Positions 19,626 to 29,183 of a stretch of DNA of 64,000 bases are shown piece after piece. Position 1 is the stretch's first letter, and every line of letters starts with the position of its first letter. Where the stretch lies: NCBI GenBank assembly GCA_963666275.2, contig CAXXOA010000001.1, forward strand, positions 2,176,001 through 2,240,000, written 5' to 3'. The stretch is from Oceanispirochaeta sp. GTDB lineage: Bacteria; Spirochaetota; Spirochaetia; DSM-2461. The translations under genes and the position numbers were made by a program. Under the pieces are notes generated by a model that worked only from the letters and a program-made list of their open reading frames with translations, was not told the origin of the DNA and did no database searches.

Positions 19626-20341
19626 AGACTCAACTCCACCCGGTTCCTGTTCCCGCAGGAACAAAGGTCTTCCCTATCCCGGATCACTCCGTTATTCAGC
19701 TCATTAAAAAGGTCTACCAGAAAAGCAAAATCCGTCGGAGAGAGTTTGGTAATCACACTGTTATTGATGGACCTCTCAGATCCCAGTTTTTTCACCGTCC
19801 GGGTCAAAAGCCCCACATAAAACCACGAAGGGTTCTCTCTTGTTCTGGGATCCCGGTAAAGAGTCAGGAAATCCCGGCACCGGGCCATTGCCATCTCACC
19901 CCGCACTTTCGACCCCATCTCCGGTTTTAATCCGCTCCCATGGGGTAAACGGAAAGGGCATCTCTCTTTAATCTCATCTACAGCTGTATTCGCAAAAAGA
20001 GAACTGACCGCCAGATCCCTTTTATTCCCGCAGACCGGACATCGGTAGGAGATCTGTTCCCCCTCATTGCGGCTGTTAAAGAGCAACTGGAGATACACAA
20101 AATCCGCCTCGTACAGATCCTCCAGAGTCTCAGCGGTCACTGAGGATAAACTTCCCAGAGAGGAGATCAGCCGGGACAAAAGTTCCAGATCCCTCTGCCG
20201 GTCGTTAAACCGCACACTGTCCAGCTCCTGCAGCACAAGTTCATCTTCCGCTGTGGCATCCCTTAAAAATCCTGTTCTATGGATCACACCATCCTTATCT
20301 TTCAGCCCTAAAGGCAGAGTAAACTCACATCCGGCAGTCAT
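19610..20341 (-). CDS. CIS tail assembly chaperone with two tandem domains, each ending in a Cys-rich motif
   Basis: EFTLPLG...HRTGFLRDATAEDE...ADFVYLQ repeated as FRLPHG...DPRTRENP...TDFAFLVDLFNELN. Confidence 0.75.
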   Translation of the reverse strand: MTAGCEFTLPLGLKDKDGVIHRTGFLRDATAEDELVLQELDSVRFNDRQRDLELLSRLISSLGSLSSVTAETLEDLYEADFVYLQLLFNSRNEGEQISYRCPVCGNKRDLAVSSLFANTAVDEIKERCPFRLPHGSGLKPEMGSKVRGEMAMARCRDFLTLYRDPRTRENPSWFYVGLLTRTVKKLGSERSINNSVITKLSPTDFAFLVDLFNELNNGVIRDREDLCSCGNRNRVELSLPGEV

Positions 20342-20532
20342 GACAGCTTCTCCAGTTTTTGTTCAACGTATTGATTCATTTTTTCGATAGTTTCCAAATC
20401 CAGAGGTTCAAAGGCAAACTCTCTGTAAATATCATCCAGAATCGCCCGGGCCTGATCAGGATAGGGAAAGTCGATTAATTCAAGGTCACCGGTATTTCGG
20501 TTCACTTTCAGGTATTTTCTGTCGTCACTCAT
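20338..20532 (-). CDS. Small hypothetical protein
   Basis: 64 aa, translationally coupled to both neighbours. Confidence 0.65.
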   Translation of the reverse strand: MSDDRKYLKVNRNTGDLELIDFPYPDQARAILDDIYREFAFEPLDLETIEKMNQYVEQKLEKLS

Positions 20533-20900
20533 CAGTTCATCTCCAATTGCCTGAAACGGGGGGCCGATTCATCCCGATGTTCTGTCGCCGAAGGAGCCGG
20601 TTTCATAACCTCTTCTTCCTCATGAGAAATTTCGATCCGCCGGCCGCCTCTTTTCCAGACGACCCTTCCGCCTTCCACGACAAAATCCCGGAATTCCGCA
20701 AAATCATATTTATCCTTTAAATAGAGCATTAAAGAGGTAAAATTGGGGATTTCCGGATCTGCTGCAGAAACAGAAGCCTGAGGAGAGGCCGAGGAATTGG
20801 AACCTTTTTTGTTATACTCCTCATAAAGCATACAAAACCCATCGGTCAGAACCTCACGGCTCAAGTTGTTCAGCCCGGTCATTAAGCTATCATTATCCAC
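20532..20900 (-). CDS. Hypothetical protein
   Basis: Start reassigned to GTG at 20900 after the GAGGAG RBS. Confidence 0.6.
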   Translation of the reverse strand: MDNDSLMTGLNNLSREVLTDGFCMLYEEYNKKGSNSSASPQASVSAADPEIPNFTSLMLYLKDKYDFAEFRDFVVEGGRVVWKRGGRRIEISHEEEEVMKPAPSATEHRDESAPRFRQLEMN

Positions 20901-21621
20901 AAAGAATCTCCTCTTCAAATTTGACCCAGCTCCCCTCCGGCCGGGAGGGGACGTAAGGCAGATTATCCATGCCGGAAGGATTTCCCTGACATCCAAGAAA
21001 AATGACATCCTCACGCTCTGTCAAATCCCAGTCAACATGAGAGAATACACAGTTCAGAAACACACAGCGATCCAGATGGGAAAAGGCAAAAAACGTCCCG
21101 GAGATATGACACCCCATAAACAGGGAATCGCTGATGTTCGTGTGTTTCAAACCAGTGATACCTGAGGGATGGTCTGCCGCAAAAGAACTATTAACAGCGC
21201 AGATGGAGTTCAAAACACCATGGCTGATTTCCGGTTCGATCATGGCAAAATTCTTGAGCCGCACCGAGTCCATTTTCAATCGGGGTCCAGAGCATCCTCT
21301 GAAAGAACCACCATAAAAAGAGGTGTTTCTGATATGAGAACCTCGGAGCTGAGTACTGATAAAAGAACTGTTCGAAAAAGAAGAATCTGAAATCACCATC
21401 AGCTGTAAAGAGCACTGATCAACTACCCCGTTGCAAACCAGGGAGGAGCAAATAATCCCCTGATCCATAACAGCCCGGTACAGGGCAGGCATATCCAGTT
21501 GTTTCCCGGCAAACTTCAACTCGGGAAAAGAACCTTCATTCATTTGCCAGTTTTTCAGCAGAGTACTGTTTATAAGCTCATCCCTGATAAGAGTAAGACA
21601 GCCGGATCCCTGAAAAATCAT
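20893..21621 (-). CDS. Pentapeptide-repeat protein
   Basis: SSFSNSSFISTQLRGSHIRNTSFYGGSFRGC; SLFMGCHISGTFFAFSHLDRCVFLNCVFSHVDW. Confidence 0.7.
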   Translation of the reverse strand: MIFQGSGCLTLIRDELINSTLLKNWQMNEGSFPELKFAGKQLDMPALYRAVMDQGIICSSLVCNGVVDQCSLQLMVISDSSFSNSSFISTQLRGSHIRNTSFYGGSFRGCSGPRLKMDSVRLKNFAMIEPEISHGVLNSICAVNSSFAADHPSGITGLKHTNISDSLFMGCHISGTFFAFSHLDRCVFLNCVFSHVDWDLTEREDVIFLGCQGNPSGMDNLPYVPSRPEGSWVKFEEEILCG

Positions 21622-21827
21622 TTTTCAGTTTCTCCGTAAATATGAACCTTTTCGTTATCATCTTCTTTGTAATACTCAGAGGTTTTTTCTCTCTGCTGCA
21701 CAATTCCCAGGGCTTCTTCAAACTCTTTTGTCATTTCCAGACAACTTGAACCGTCCACTCCCTGAACATGAATCTGAACATCGCCGTTTTTATCAATTGT
21801 TATTTCCAGTTCCTGCTTTTTTGCCAT
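21618..21827 (-). CDS. DUF2997 domain protein
   Basis: ELEITIDKNGDVQIHVQGVDGSSCLEMTKEFEEALG...KTSEYY. Confidence 0.85.
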   Translation of the reverse strand: MAKKQELEITIDKNGDVQIHVQGVDGSSCLEMTKEFEEALGIVQQREKTSEYYKEDDNEKVHIYGETEK

Positions 21828-21847
21828 AATCTATCCTTCTAACGCCC

Positions 21848-23380
21848 TTATACCATTTCCAGTTTCCGGGCGCTCTCTTCGTCTTCCATAAAACTGATTT
21901 CACTGGCCTTACGGGCTCTTAAATCCGCCCAGTTCCTGATATTCTTAATCTCCTCACTCATGGTCTGAGAGAGAGGGATCATGGAGCCCACCGAACCATT
22001 CAAGATCTCCTGGTCGATATCACAGCCCTTATCGAAGGCATCGTATAAGGCACTGATAACGACTTCTTCAATTTCAGAACCAGAGTACCCCCGGCATAGT
22101 CTGGAGAGATGCTCCAGATCATAGTTTTCCGGGTTCCGGTTCCTTTTATTCAGATGAATCCTGAAAATCTCTTTCCGTTCCTGATGATTGGGCAGATCGA
22201 TGAAAAAAATCTCGTCAAAACGCCCTTTTCTAAGCAGTTCAGGGGGCAACTGAGAGATGTTATTGGATGTGGCCACCACAAAAACGGGACTGGTTTTTTC
22301 CTGCAGCCAGGTTAGAAAAGTACCGAAAACACGGGCGGAAGTACCCCCGTCAGTCATCCCGGATGATCCCATACCGGAAAACCCCTTTTCCAGCTCATCC
22401 AGCCATAAAATGGAAGGCGCGATGGATTCAGCCGTCTGTATGGCTTTCCGGACATTCTCCTCACTGCTTCCCACCAGGCTGGAAAAGACTTTTCCCACAT
22501 CCAGACGCAAAAGGGGAAGCTGCCACAGTGAGCTGACGGCCTTGGCTGTCAGAGACTTACCGCAGCCTGGAATACCGATCATCAGAATTCCCTTTGGTTC
22601 GGGCAGACCGAAATCCCTGGCCTCTTTGGTAAAGGCTTTGCTCCTTTTATTCAGCCACTGCTTCAGATTTTCCAGACCGCCGATTTCGGCCATCTTTTCA
22701 TGGGAACGGTAGTACTCCAGAACCCCGGATTTCCGGATAATCTGTTCCTTTTCCGAAAGGATCACGGAAATATCAAACTGGCCGGTTTGCACCAGTGATT
22801 TGGCAAACACATTTTCTGCTTCTTCCGCGGTCAGCCCCAAAGCCGCTTCCACGACTTTTTCTTTCTGCACGGAACCGTCCCATAAGGCGGCCTGATTGGG
22901 GAGCGAACCTGTAATCTCATCAATTATTCTCTCCAGTGTTGCCTTATCGGGCAGATCGAAATCTACAATGGTAACATCTTTTTCAATGTCCAGAGGAACT
23001 TTCAGAATGGGGGACAGGAGAATCACATTTTTCATGCTGATTTTCAGTTCCCGGCTGATATCCCGGAGTTTCCTCACCACCACGGGGTCATTCAGAAAGG
23101 GATGGAAATCCCGCAAAAGGAACAGACCATTCACATCACTCTCCAGAATATGATCCAGAGCTTTGATCGGCTCCCGCAGATCAGCGGCGCTGCTGCCGTC
23201 GTCCGATTCCAGCCCCTTCGTAACAGACCAGATAAAAAATCTCTTACTTCTGCCATGGGCAATACCCTTCAGAGTCTCTTCCACCCGTTTCTCTTCACTG
23301 GATATGATATTGATAAGGGGATACCTGGCCCGGATCAGGACCTCGATTCTCTCTTTAATGCTTAAGTTTTCTGCTGTCAT
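21848..23380 (-). CDS. AAA+ ATPase, Ycf46-like
   Basis: IRARYPLI...EEKRV degenerate first domain; [19 protein letters not shown] Walker A, LWLDELEK Walker [12 protein letters not shown]. Confidence 0.9.
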   Translation of the reverse strand: MTAENLSIKERIEVLIRARYPLINIISSEEKRVEETLKGIAHGRSKRFFIWSVTKGLESDDGSSAADLREPIKALDHILESDVNGLFLLRDFHPFLNDPVVVRKLRDISRELKISMKNVILLSPILKVPLDIEKDVTIVDFDLPDKATLERIIDEITGSLPNQAALWDGSVQKEKVVEAALGLTAEEAENVFAKSLVQTGQFDISVILSEKEQIIRKSGVLEYYRSHEKMAEIGGLENLKQWLNKRSKAFTKEARDFGLPEPKGILMIGIPGCGKSLTAKAVSSLWQLPLLRLDVGKVFSSLVGSSEENVRKAIQTAESIAPSILWLDELEKGFSGMGSSGMTDGGTSARVFGTFLTWLQEKTSPVFVVATSNNISQLPPELLRKGRFDEIFFIDLPNHQERKEIFRIHLNKRNRNPENYDLEHLSRLCRGYSGSEIEEVVISALYDAFDKGCDIDQEILNGSVGSMIPLSQTMSEEIKNIRNWADLRARKASEISFMEDEESARKLEMV

Positions 23381-23413
23381 AAATTTGATTCCTTCTTTGT
23401 ACCCGATTCATGT

Positions 23414-23968
23414 CTAAATGCCTGTTAAAACTAACTCACCATTGGTGTGAATAATGATCTCTTTTTCCACCAGACAGGTTCTTCTCTTCCTCTTCATCAA
23501 CCTGCCGTTTTCCGAAAGGGCTATAATCCTCTGATTCCCCGACCCGGCCCACTCTCCTTCCGGCGGGAGATCCGATCTGTAGGGACCGTCAATCAGCAGA
23601 TCAATCCGAGACAGGAGTTCCCGGGATCCCGGAAGTATTTCCTTTTTCAGATCACAGAAGGAGAATCCACTATACACGATAGAGTTCAGTCCCCTTCCGG
23701 TACACTCCCTGATCAGAGGAGAGAGTTCTCTGGCCTGTAGAAAGGGTTCTCCTCCGGAGATTGTGATTCCTTCCACATCTGCCTTCCTGATCAATGAAAG
23801 CAATTCCTCCAGTTCGTAATCCCGGCCACCCTGAAGAGACGCCGCCGATGGATTGAAACACCCGGTGCAGTTGAGAGGGCACCCCTGGGTCCACAGAACA
23901 AACCGTTTCCCGGGGCCGTTTACAAGAGATGTATCCAGTATGTCATGAACCCTGATAGCCACACTCAT
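23414..23968 (-). CDS. Radical SAM 4Fe-4S protein, NrdG/activase-like
   Basis: VNGPGKRFVLWTQGCPLNCTGC, GITISGGEP, DLLIDGPY, GSGNQR. Confidence 0.85.
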   Translation of the reverse strand: MSVAIRVHDILDTSLVNGPGKRFVLWTQGCPLNCTGCFNPSAASLQGGRDYELEELLSLIRKADVEGITISGGEPFLQARELSPLIRECTGRGLNSIVYSGFSFCDLKKEILPGSRELLSRIDLLIDGPYRSDLPPEGEWAGSGNQRIIALSENGRLMKRKRRTCLVEKEIIIHTNGELVLTGI

Positions 23969-25014
23969 ACGTCCGTATTCCGTTCCAGTTCACAATGGGT
24001 ACTGTATCCGCTGGAAGCATGGAAATTGTGAAGGACCTTCCGTACAAGATAGGTTCCGGAGAACCTCTCCCCTGTCTCTTTAATTTCCAGAAGACTCCCT
24101 GAGCGGATTCTATTATTTCCTTCGCACACAGCCGACGCTTTCACATAGGTATAGCTGTTGTCAGTGAGTAGAGACAGGGCTTTTTCTTCAGCGCTCTGCT
24201 GATCCGGGCTGTGTTCATCCCTGATGACAAGGGGGCGTTCACCAAAATTCTCTTCTACAAGCTGGGCTCCCAGCTCTCCGTTTCCGGTGCGGTCAGTTAT
24301 AGAAGAAACTTTGGCTATACCTGAAAATCCCTCTCCGGTCATATTATCCCATCCGACAACCTCCACCTGCGTTATGAGTGCTTCCGTATTCCTTCTGGAG
24401 GAAAACTCAACGAGAGTCTTTCCCCACTCAAGAACAATATCCTCCTCCGATTCTATGGCGGATTTAATGAACAGAGTGTCATCCTGAACCCAGAACTTGC
24501 AGTTATACTCTCTTGCCATGTTTCTCAGAAAATCAAAATCGTACTGATCCTTCTGAACTCTCACCACATGCTCTTTCGAAAGGGCATCCGTATCCGCTGA
24601 GAGTCCGTATTCAGAGGAGATTTCAGCAATAATATCCGCATCGGTGGTTTCATTGAAAACTCTATGTTTTCTCACTTTGAGGAGGCGGTGCATTTTATTG
24701 GAGCAGTTCAGAATCAGCGTGGCATCGGCATTTTTGCGGAACATAACCTCGCTGCCTGTAATCTCACCGTTAAAGACCTCTTCAACCGCATCCTTAAAGC
24801 CCAAAAGAACCGAAACAGACTGGGCCAGTTCAAAATCCGGGGAATCTATCCATTTTTTTTCTATATCCGATAGGATAATCCGGCAGGTGGAAGGTGTATT
24901 GAACTGATCCTTTACCTGAATCTGACGGACAGAAGCTTCATGTTCCACCCCCAGACGGGTCCCGTTGATATACACAATAAAAGTGGGGGTCAAAGTCACA
25001 TTTTCATCGGCCAT
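23965..25014 (-). CDS. Phage late control D / gp27-like baseplate hub (N-terminal half of a split VgrG)
   Basis: VFNGEITG, TDADIIAEI, QYDFDFLRNMA, GNNRIRSG, FSGTYLVRKVLH. Confidence 0.85.
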   Translation of the reverse strand: MADENVTLTPTFIVYINGTRLGVEHEASVRQIQVKDQFNTPSTCRIILSDIEKKWIDSPDFELAQSVSVLLGFKDAVEEVFNGEITGSEVMFRKNADATLILNCSNKMHRLLKVRKHRVFNETTDADIIAEISSEYGLSADTDALSKEHVVRVQKDQYDFDFLRNMAREYNCKFWVQDDTLFIKSAIESEEDIVLEWGKTLVEFSSRRNTEALITQVEVVGWDNMTGEGFSGIAKVSSITDRTGNGELGAQLVEENFGERPLVIRDEHSPDQQSAEEKALSLLTDNSYTYVKASAVCEGNNRIRSGSLLEIKETGERFSGTYLVRKVLHNFHASSGYSTHCELERNTDV

Positions 25015-25026
25015 GAGAACTCCTTT

Positions 25027-25647
25027 CTAGTACAGCGGCGGGATGGACAGAACAGTTCCCTCTTTGACATCCGTAGGGTCTTCGATACCGTTGGCAACGG
25101 CGATCTCCCGCCATTTCCCGGGATCTTCGTACTCTCTCCCCGCCAGGGCGCTCAGACTGTCTCCTTCCTGAAGAACAATCCTCTTGGTGTGATCCGACGA
25201 ATGCCGCGGTTTTTCCTGTATCTGACCTGCTGCGGTGGAGTACTCTTTAAACAGAACTTTCAGCAGGGCCCTGACAGGAGTCCCGTCATTGAGAAACATG
25301 GTATATCTCTGAACAAGATCTTCCAGAACACAGCGGAATTGCAGGTTTCCCCAGGAAAACATAAGCAGAGGAGGCCGGTGCTGATCCGAGTTAACCAGCA
25401 TGAGTTCCTCCATTTTTTCTGTGTAGACTCTGACGTCGCTTTTCTCTTCGGAGGTATCAAAATAGAGCTCCATGGACAGCCTTTTTCTCTCCCCGATGGT
25501 AAATTCCACAGCTGGAGAGTCCAATCCGTTTATTTCATGCTCTTTCCAGGGTGTTTTCTTTTCTATGATGTATTCCTTCGGATTAAACAGAACCTCAAAC
25601 TCTTCATCTGTATCCAGATTCATAATGACTGCTTTCTCCAGTGCCAT
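25027..25647 (-). CDS. CIS tube-initiator protein with LysM (Afp7-like)
   Basis: VLFNPKEY, RPPLLMFSWG, FLNDGTPVRA; C-terminal LysM GDSLSALAGREYEDPGKWREIAVANGI. Confidence 0.9.
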   Translation of the reverse strand: MALEKAVIMNLDTDEEFEVLFNPKEYIIEKKTPWKEHEINGLDSPAVEFTIGERKRLSMELYFDTSEEKSDVRVYTEKMEELMLVNSDQHRPPLLMFSWGNLQFRCVLEDLVQRYTMFLNDGTPVRALLKVLFKEYSTAAGQIQEKPRHSSDHTKRIVLQEGDSLSALAGREYEDPGKWREIAVANGIEDPTDVKEGTVLSIPPLY

Positions 25648-25656
25648 AACAACCTC

Positions 25657-26097
25657 CTATTCAGACTCTTCCAGACCTTCATGCATGATTTCAATCCTTT
25701 CTACCGCACAGCCGTGCACGTTGTGCCCCAGCTGTGGACCCACCCAGCGGCAGGGAAGGGCCCGATAGAAATTCCATCGTTTTACCTCTTCTCCCGACGC
25801 TGAATAGAGAATCACAGAACCGTCTTTTCTTGTGACGGGATCTTCAGTGGCCACTGTATCGGTATACCATCTGTAGATATCGTTGTTTTCTGTCAGCCCC
25901 TTTTCAAGCACGAGATTGGGAAACCTCGTTCTTCCAAGAAATCGGTGAGTCGTTGTATTCAGACCGCCTTCTTCCACCTCATATACATAGTTCTCACTCT
26001 CCAGTCCTTCGCAGCGGAAGAACTTACCGCATTGAATACCCTCAATCTCAATACCGAAATAATTGGGAAGATAAGATCCGGCTCCGTTACTGCTCAT
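25657..26097 (-). CDS. Tail tube protein 2 (T4 gp19-like)
   Basis: YEVEEGGLN...FPNLVLEKG, RKDGSVIL, RWNFYRALPCRWVGP; start moved to MSSNG. Confidence 0.9.
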   Translation of the reverse strand: MSSNGAGSYLPNYFGIEIEGIQCGKFFRCEGLESENYVYEVEEGGLNTTTHRFLGRTRFPNLVLEKGLTENNDIYRWYTDTVATEDPVTRKDGSVILYSASGEEVKRWNFYRALPCRWVGPQLGHNVHGCAVERIEIMHEGLEESE

Positions 26098-27622
26098 GAA
26101 TAACCTCCTTATCGATAATGACTTTTGTATGCTCTTTTTCCGCATGCAAAGTAACAATTATGTATTCAGCCGGTTTAACCGGACAAAGGCCGACCTGAAC
26201 GGACAATATGCCTGCCTCTCTGTTCTCCGGAGGGTTCAGCTCACTGTCACAGCGAACAAAAAAAGCCTCATTGGCCGTTTTCCCCGCCAGATACCCCTTG
26301 CGCCAGGCATCGATCAGGTAGGCTGTCACGTGCCTGACGACCCTTTTCTGAAGAAGCGCATCATTCGGTTCGAACACAGCCCAGGATGTGCCCTTTTTCA
26401 TGGCGGCACTCAAAAAAGATATGGTTCTTCTCACATTAATAAATCGCCATTCCGGATCTTCCGCCAGGGTCCGGACTCCCCAGACCTTGATTCCTTTTCC
26501 GGGAACCTTCTTGAACGCGTTGACCCCTTTTTCATATAACATAGCTATTTCATCATTTTTCAGGGGGCGGGAAAGGGCTACCGCTCCTTCAATGAAACGG
26601 TTTCCCGGAGGATAATAACAGCCGTGGGACAGATCAACATCAGAAACTATACCGGCAATGGCACAGGAGGGAGCCAGAGAGAAGGTTGTGTGGTCAGCCG
26701 GATCGATAACCTTGAGATCCGGGTAATAGAGCGCCGCTTTGGAAGAGGAGATCCTGTTCCTGTATGCCAGAACATCCGAGGGTTCCATGGAGCTGTTCAG
26801 ATCCAGCAGGGCAAACCGCCCCTCCAGGGTTTCCGCATGGGTGATCATGGCAGTATGAACGGCAAAAATGTCTTCGGTTTTTTTCAGCAGGCAAACATCC
26901 GGAGCGGCGATAAGATTCACATCCTGCAGGGGTTCCAGAGCAGCCAGTCCGGTTCTTCTGTCGGGATTCTCAGTCCGCCCGATAAAATCCCCCGCCCTGA
27001 GACCGGCAATTCCCTCTCTACCGCCGGAAAAGAACTCATTATGAACTTCCTCCGGAGAAGAAAAACTCCCGTTGATTGAAATGCTTTCCACAGAAACCAG
27101 TGAGGATTGACTTTGTATCCTGTCCAGATAATAGTCAGAGTCCTGAGGATCCGCTGATAATCCCAGAAAATCCTCCTGAAAACCCGAGTTATGAAGGGAG
27201 ACATTCACAAGGGATCTTTTCCCCGAAGGATCCGGATGCAGCCAGAGATTGAGATAGAGCTCATTTCCCCAGATACCCTCGGATTTACAAAGCAGCTTTG
27301 CCACTTTTTTCTGTTTCTGATCCATAAGGATAAAAGACGCACAGGCGGCTCCCCCGCTGCCCTCGCGGTGGGCAATACGGACAATGTGACAGCATCGGCC
27401 GCCGTTCTGAAAAAAGGAGTACACGCCGAAAGGAAGGTTCCCTGCGGTGTCAAACCCGCCGAAGGTTTTTAAAAAGTCGTTAAAGTTCTGTATTTTCACA
27501 GCTTTATTCAAAGGTCCTTTCCTTGTAATACCCACAAACCCGGCGACAGGATTCTCTTTAAGCGCTATCTTTTCAGTCTCCAGAGGTTTTTTTGTGTAAA
27601 GGATACCCGGGATTCCCCCCAT
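26087..27622 (-). CDS. Tail sheath protein 2
   Basis: GFVGITRKGP, FFQNGG, VWGVRTL, WRFINVRR, WAVFEPND, KPAEYI. Confidence 0.93.
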   Translation of the reverse strand: MGGIPGILYTKKPLETEKIALKENPVAGFVGITRKGPLNKAVKIQNFNDFLKTFGGFDTAGNLPFGVYSFFQNGGRCCHIVRIAHREGSGGAACASFILMDQKQKKVAKLLCKSEGIWGNELYLNLWLHPDPSGKRSLVNVSLHNSGFQEDFLGLSADPQDSDYYLDRIQSQSSLVSVESISINGSFSSPEEVHNEFFSGGREGIAGLRAGDFIGRTENPDRRTGLAALEPLQDVNLIAAPDVCLLKKTEDIFAVHTAMITHAETLEGRFALLDLNSSMEPSDVLAYRNRISSSKAALYYPDLKVIDPADHTTFSLAPSCAIAGIVSDVDLSHGCYYPPGNRFIEGAVALSRPLKNDEIAMLYEKGVNAFKKVPGKGIKVWGVRTLAEDPEWRFINVRRTISFLSAAMKKGTSWAVFEPNDALLQKRVVRHVTAYLIDAWRKGYLAGKTANEAFFVRCDSELNPPENREAGILSVQVGLCPVKPAEYIIVTLHAEKEHTKVIIDKEVIHEQ

Positions 27623-28789
27623 TTACGCGCTCTCCTCGGTTTTCTTCTTTTTCCCCGGTTTTCCTGGAAGATAGCGGCAGAACGGACAGAACTCCCAGTC
27701 ATCTTTCATCCGCCTTTTACAGTCGGGGCATTTTCGTTTAGAGATACCCAGTTTTTTCCTGAGGCTCATCCTGCGAAAAATCATAAGAAGAATGCCAAGA
27801 GCCAGAAGGACAACGGCGGTACCAAGCAGGACAAGTTTCAGCCACAGGGGGAAGGGATTTTTTACCGCTTTGAAATTGCGGAATCCCTGAATGGAAAGCT
27901 CTTTATCGTCGACCTGTATCATCAGCTGATGAAAAGAGTCGTCCGCCTTCACCCCTTTGGCCCGAAAGGAAACCACATAGGACATATTGATCAACTCGGC
28001 GAACTGATTCAAATGATCAGAAACTGTGTCTAAATCCGGAGTGTAGAGGTAGGATCCGCCGCTTTTCCTGGCTAATTCATGGAGAACGGACAAAGAAGCT
28101 TCGCTCAGAACCTTAAGCCCCAGAGAGTAGAGGGGAATCCCGCTCTCGCTGAGAACCTGTGCAGTCTGTTCCAGGGTAAACCGGCTTTCATTGTCCCGGC
28201 CGTCGGAAAGTAGGATAAAAACTGTTCTCTCATTTTTTTTGAGAATTCCCGCATCCTGCTCTTTCTCAATTTTCCTGACACAACCAACCAAAGTATCGAA
28301 TATTTTAGCCTGATCCTCCCTGACTTCCAGTTCCAGCACAGCATCGGAGGGGAGATCCGGCGGCAATACATAAGAGAAGAGTTCCTCCGGCTGCTCCCCG
28401 ACAATGTAGGCAGACAGGGAATCTGTCTCTCCCAGAAGGGTGGAGAAATCCAAAAGGGCATTTTTCTGTGCCGTAAGAGGTTGCCCATCCATAAGTCCAG
28501 AAGCTGAAAGGAAAAACACATAATGGATAGAATCATCTATTTTATTGAATGTCTCTACAGCCAGAGACGAGAGGTGATTCTCCGTGTCGATCTTGGCACT
28601 AAAATTCCCTTTAACAAGAGTCAGATTGGGACTCCCTTCCTGATCTTCCACAGAGACATAGGCTTTCATCTGGGGAAAAGCATGGGAATCGATACTTTCT
28701 ATCCGTATCGTATTTTCCTGTTCCTCCTGGGCGTACAGGACAGAGACAACCGACAATACCAGGAAATAAATCAGAGCTATATTTTTCAT
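27623..28789 (-). CDS. Exported VWA-domain protein with C-terminal TM and cytoplasmic zinc ribbon
   Basis: Signal peptide; FPQMKAYVSV; ILLSDGRDNES; LARKSGG; TM segment; CPDC...CPFC. Confidence 0.8.
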   Translation of the reverse strand: MKNIALIYFLVLSVVSVLYAQEEQENTIRIESIDSHAFPQMKAYVSVEDQEGSPNLTLVKGNFSAKIDTENHLSSLAVETFNKIDDSIHYVFFLSASGLMDGQPLTAQKNALLDFSTLLGETDSLSAYIVGEQPEELFSYVLPPDLPSDAVLELEVREDQAKIFDTLVGCVRKIEKEQDAGILKKNERTVFILLSDGRDNESRFTLEQTAQVLSESGIPLYSLGLKVLSEASLSVLHELARKSGGSYLYTPDLDTVSDHLNQFAELINMSYVVSFRAKGVKADDSFHQLMIQVDDKELSIQGFRNFKAVKNPFPLWLKLVLLGTAVVLLALGILLMIFRRMSLRKKLGISKRKCPDCKRRMKDDWEFCPFCRYLPGKPGKKKKTEESA

Positions 28790-28797
28790 GGATTTCC

Positions 28798-29175
28798 TCA
28801 ATAGATGCATTTGAATTTGAACTCCACATCACCCAGGGTGACAAGATCTCCATCGATGATTTCAGTGACACTTTCGTTTCTGTTCACCAGAATCTTCCCC
28901 CCTGAACCGGCATTGTGAATCAGGATGCCATCGGATGTGGCATTGAGAACGGCGTGATGCCTTTTTACAGAGTCAAGGAGAATGCGAACTTCACAATCCA
29001 CTCCCTGGCCTATCAGGTTTTTTCCCTCCCGGATAGAAAAAACAGCTTTGGTCCGGTTATTCAGACTGTAGACGAACCAACCCACCACAGGAGTGATGCA
29101 CACGGGGCAGATTCTCCAGGAGGGATCCATCAGATGGCCTTCCCTGCAGAATTTTCTTCTGAAAAACATATTCAA
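28798..29175 (-). CDS. Zinc-ribbon plus FHA domain protein
   Basis: CREGH...CPVC; NLIGQG...SVKRHHA...IIDGDLVTLG. Confidence 0.75.
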   Translation of the reverse strand: MNMFFRRKFCREGHLMDPSWRICPVCITPVVGWFVYSLNNRTKAVFSIREGKNLIGQGVDCEVRILLDSVKRHHAVLNATSDGILIHNAGSGGKILVNRNESVTEIIDGDLVTLGDVEFKFKCIY

Positions 29176-29183
29176 ACTCCCTC

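Noticed and set aside
23414..23968. Calling the radical SAM gene nrdG
   Set aside because: No nrdD nearby; its context is the AAA/DUF2997 module
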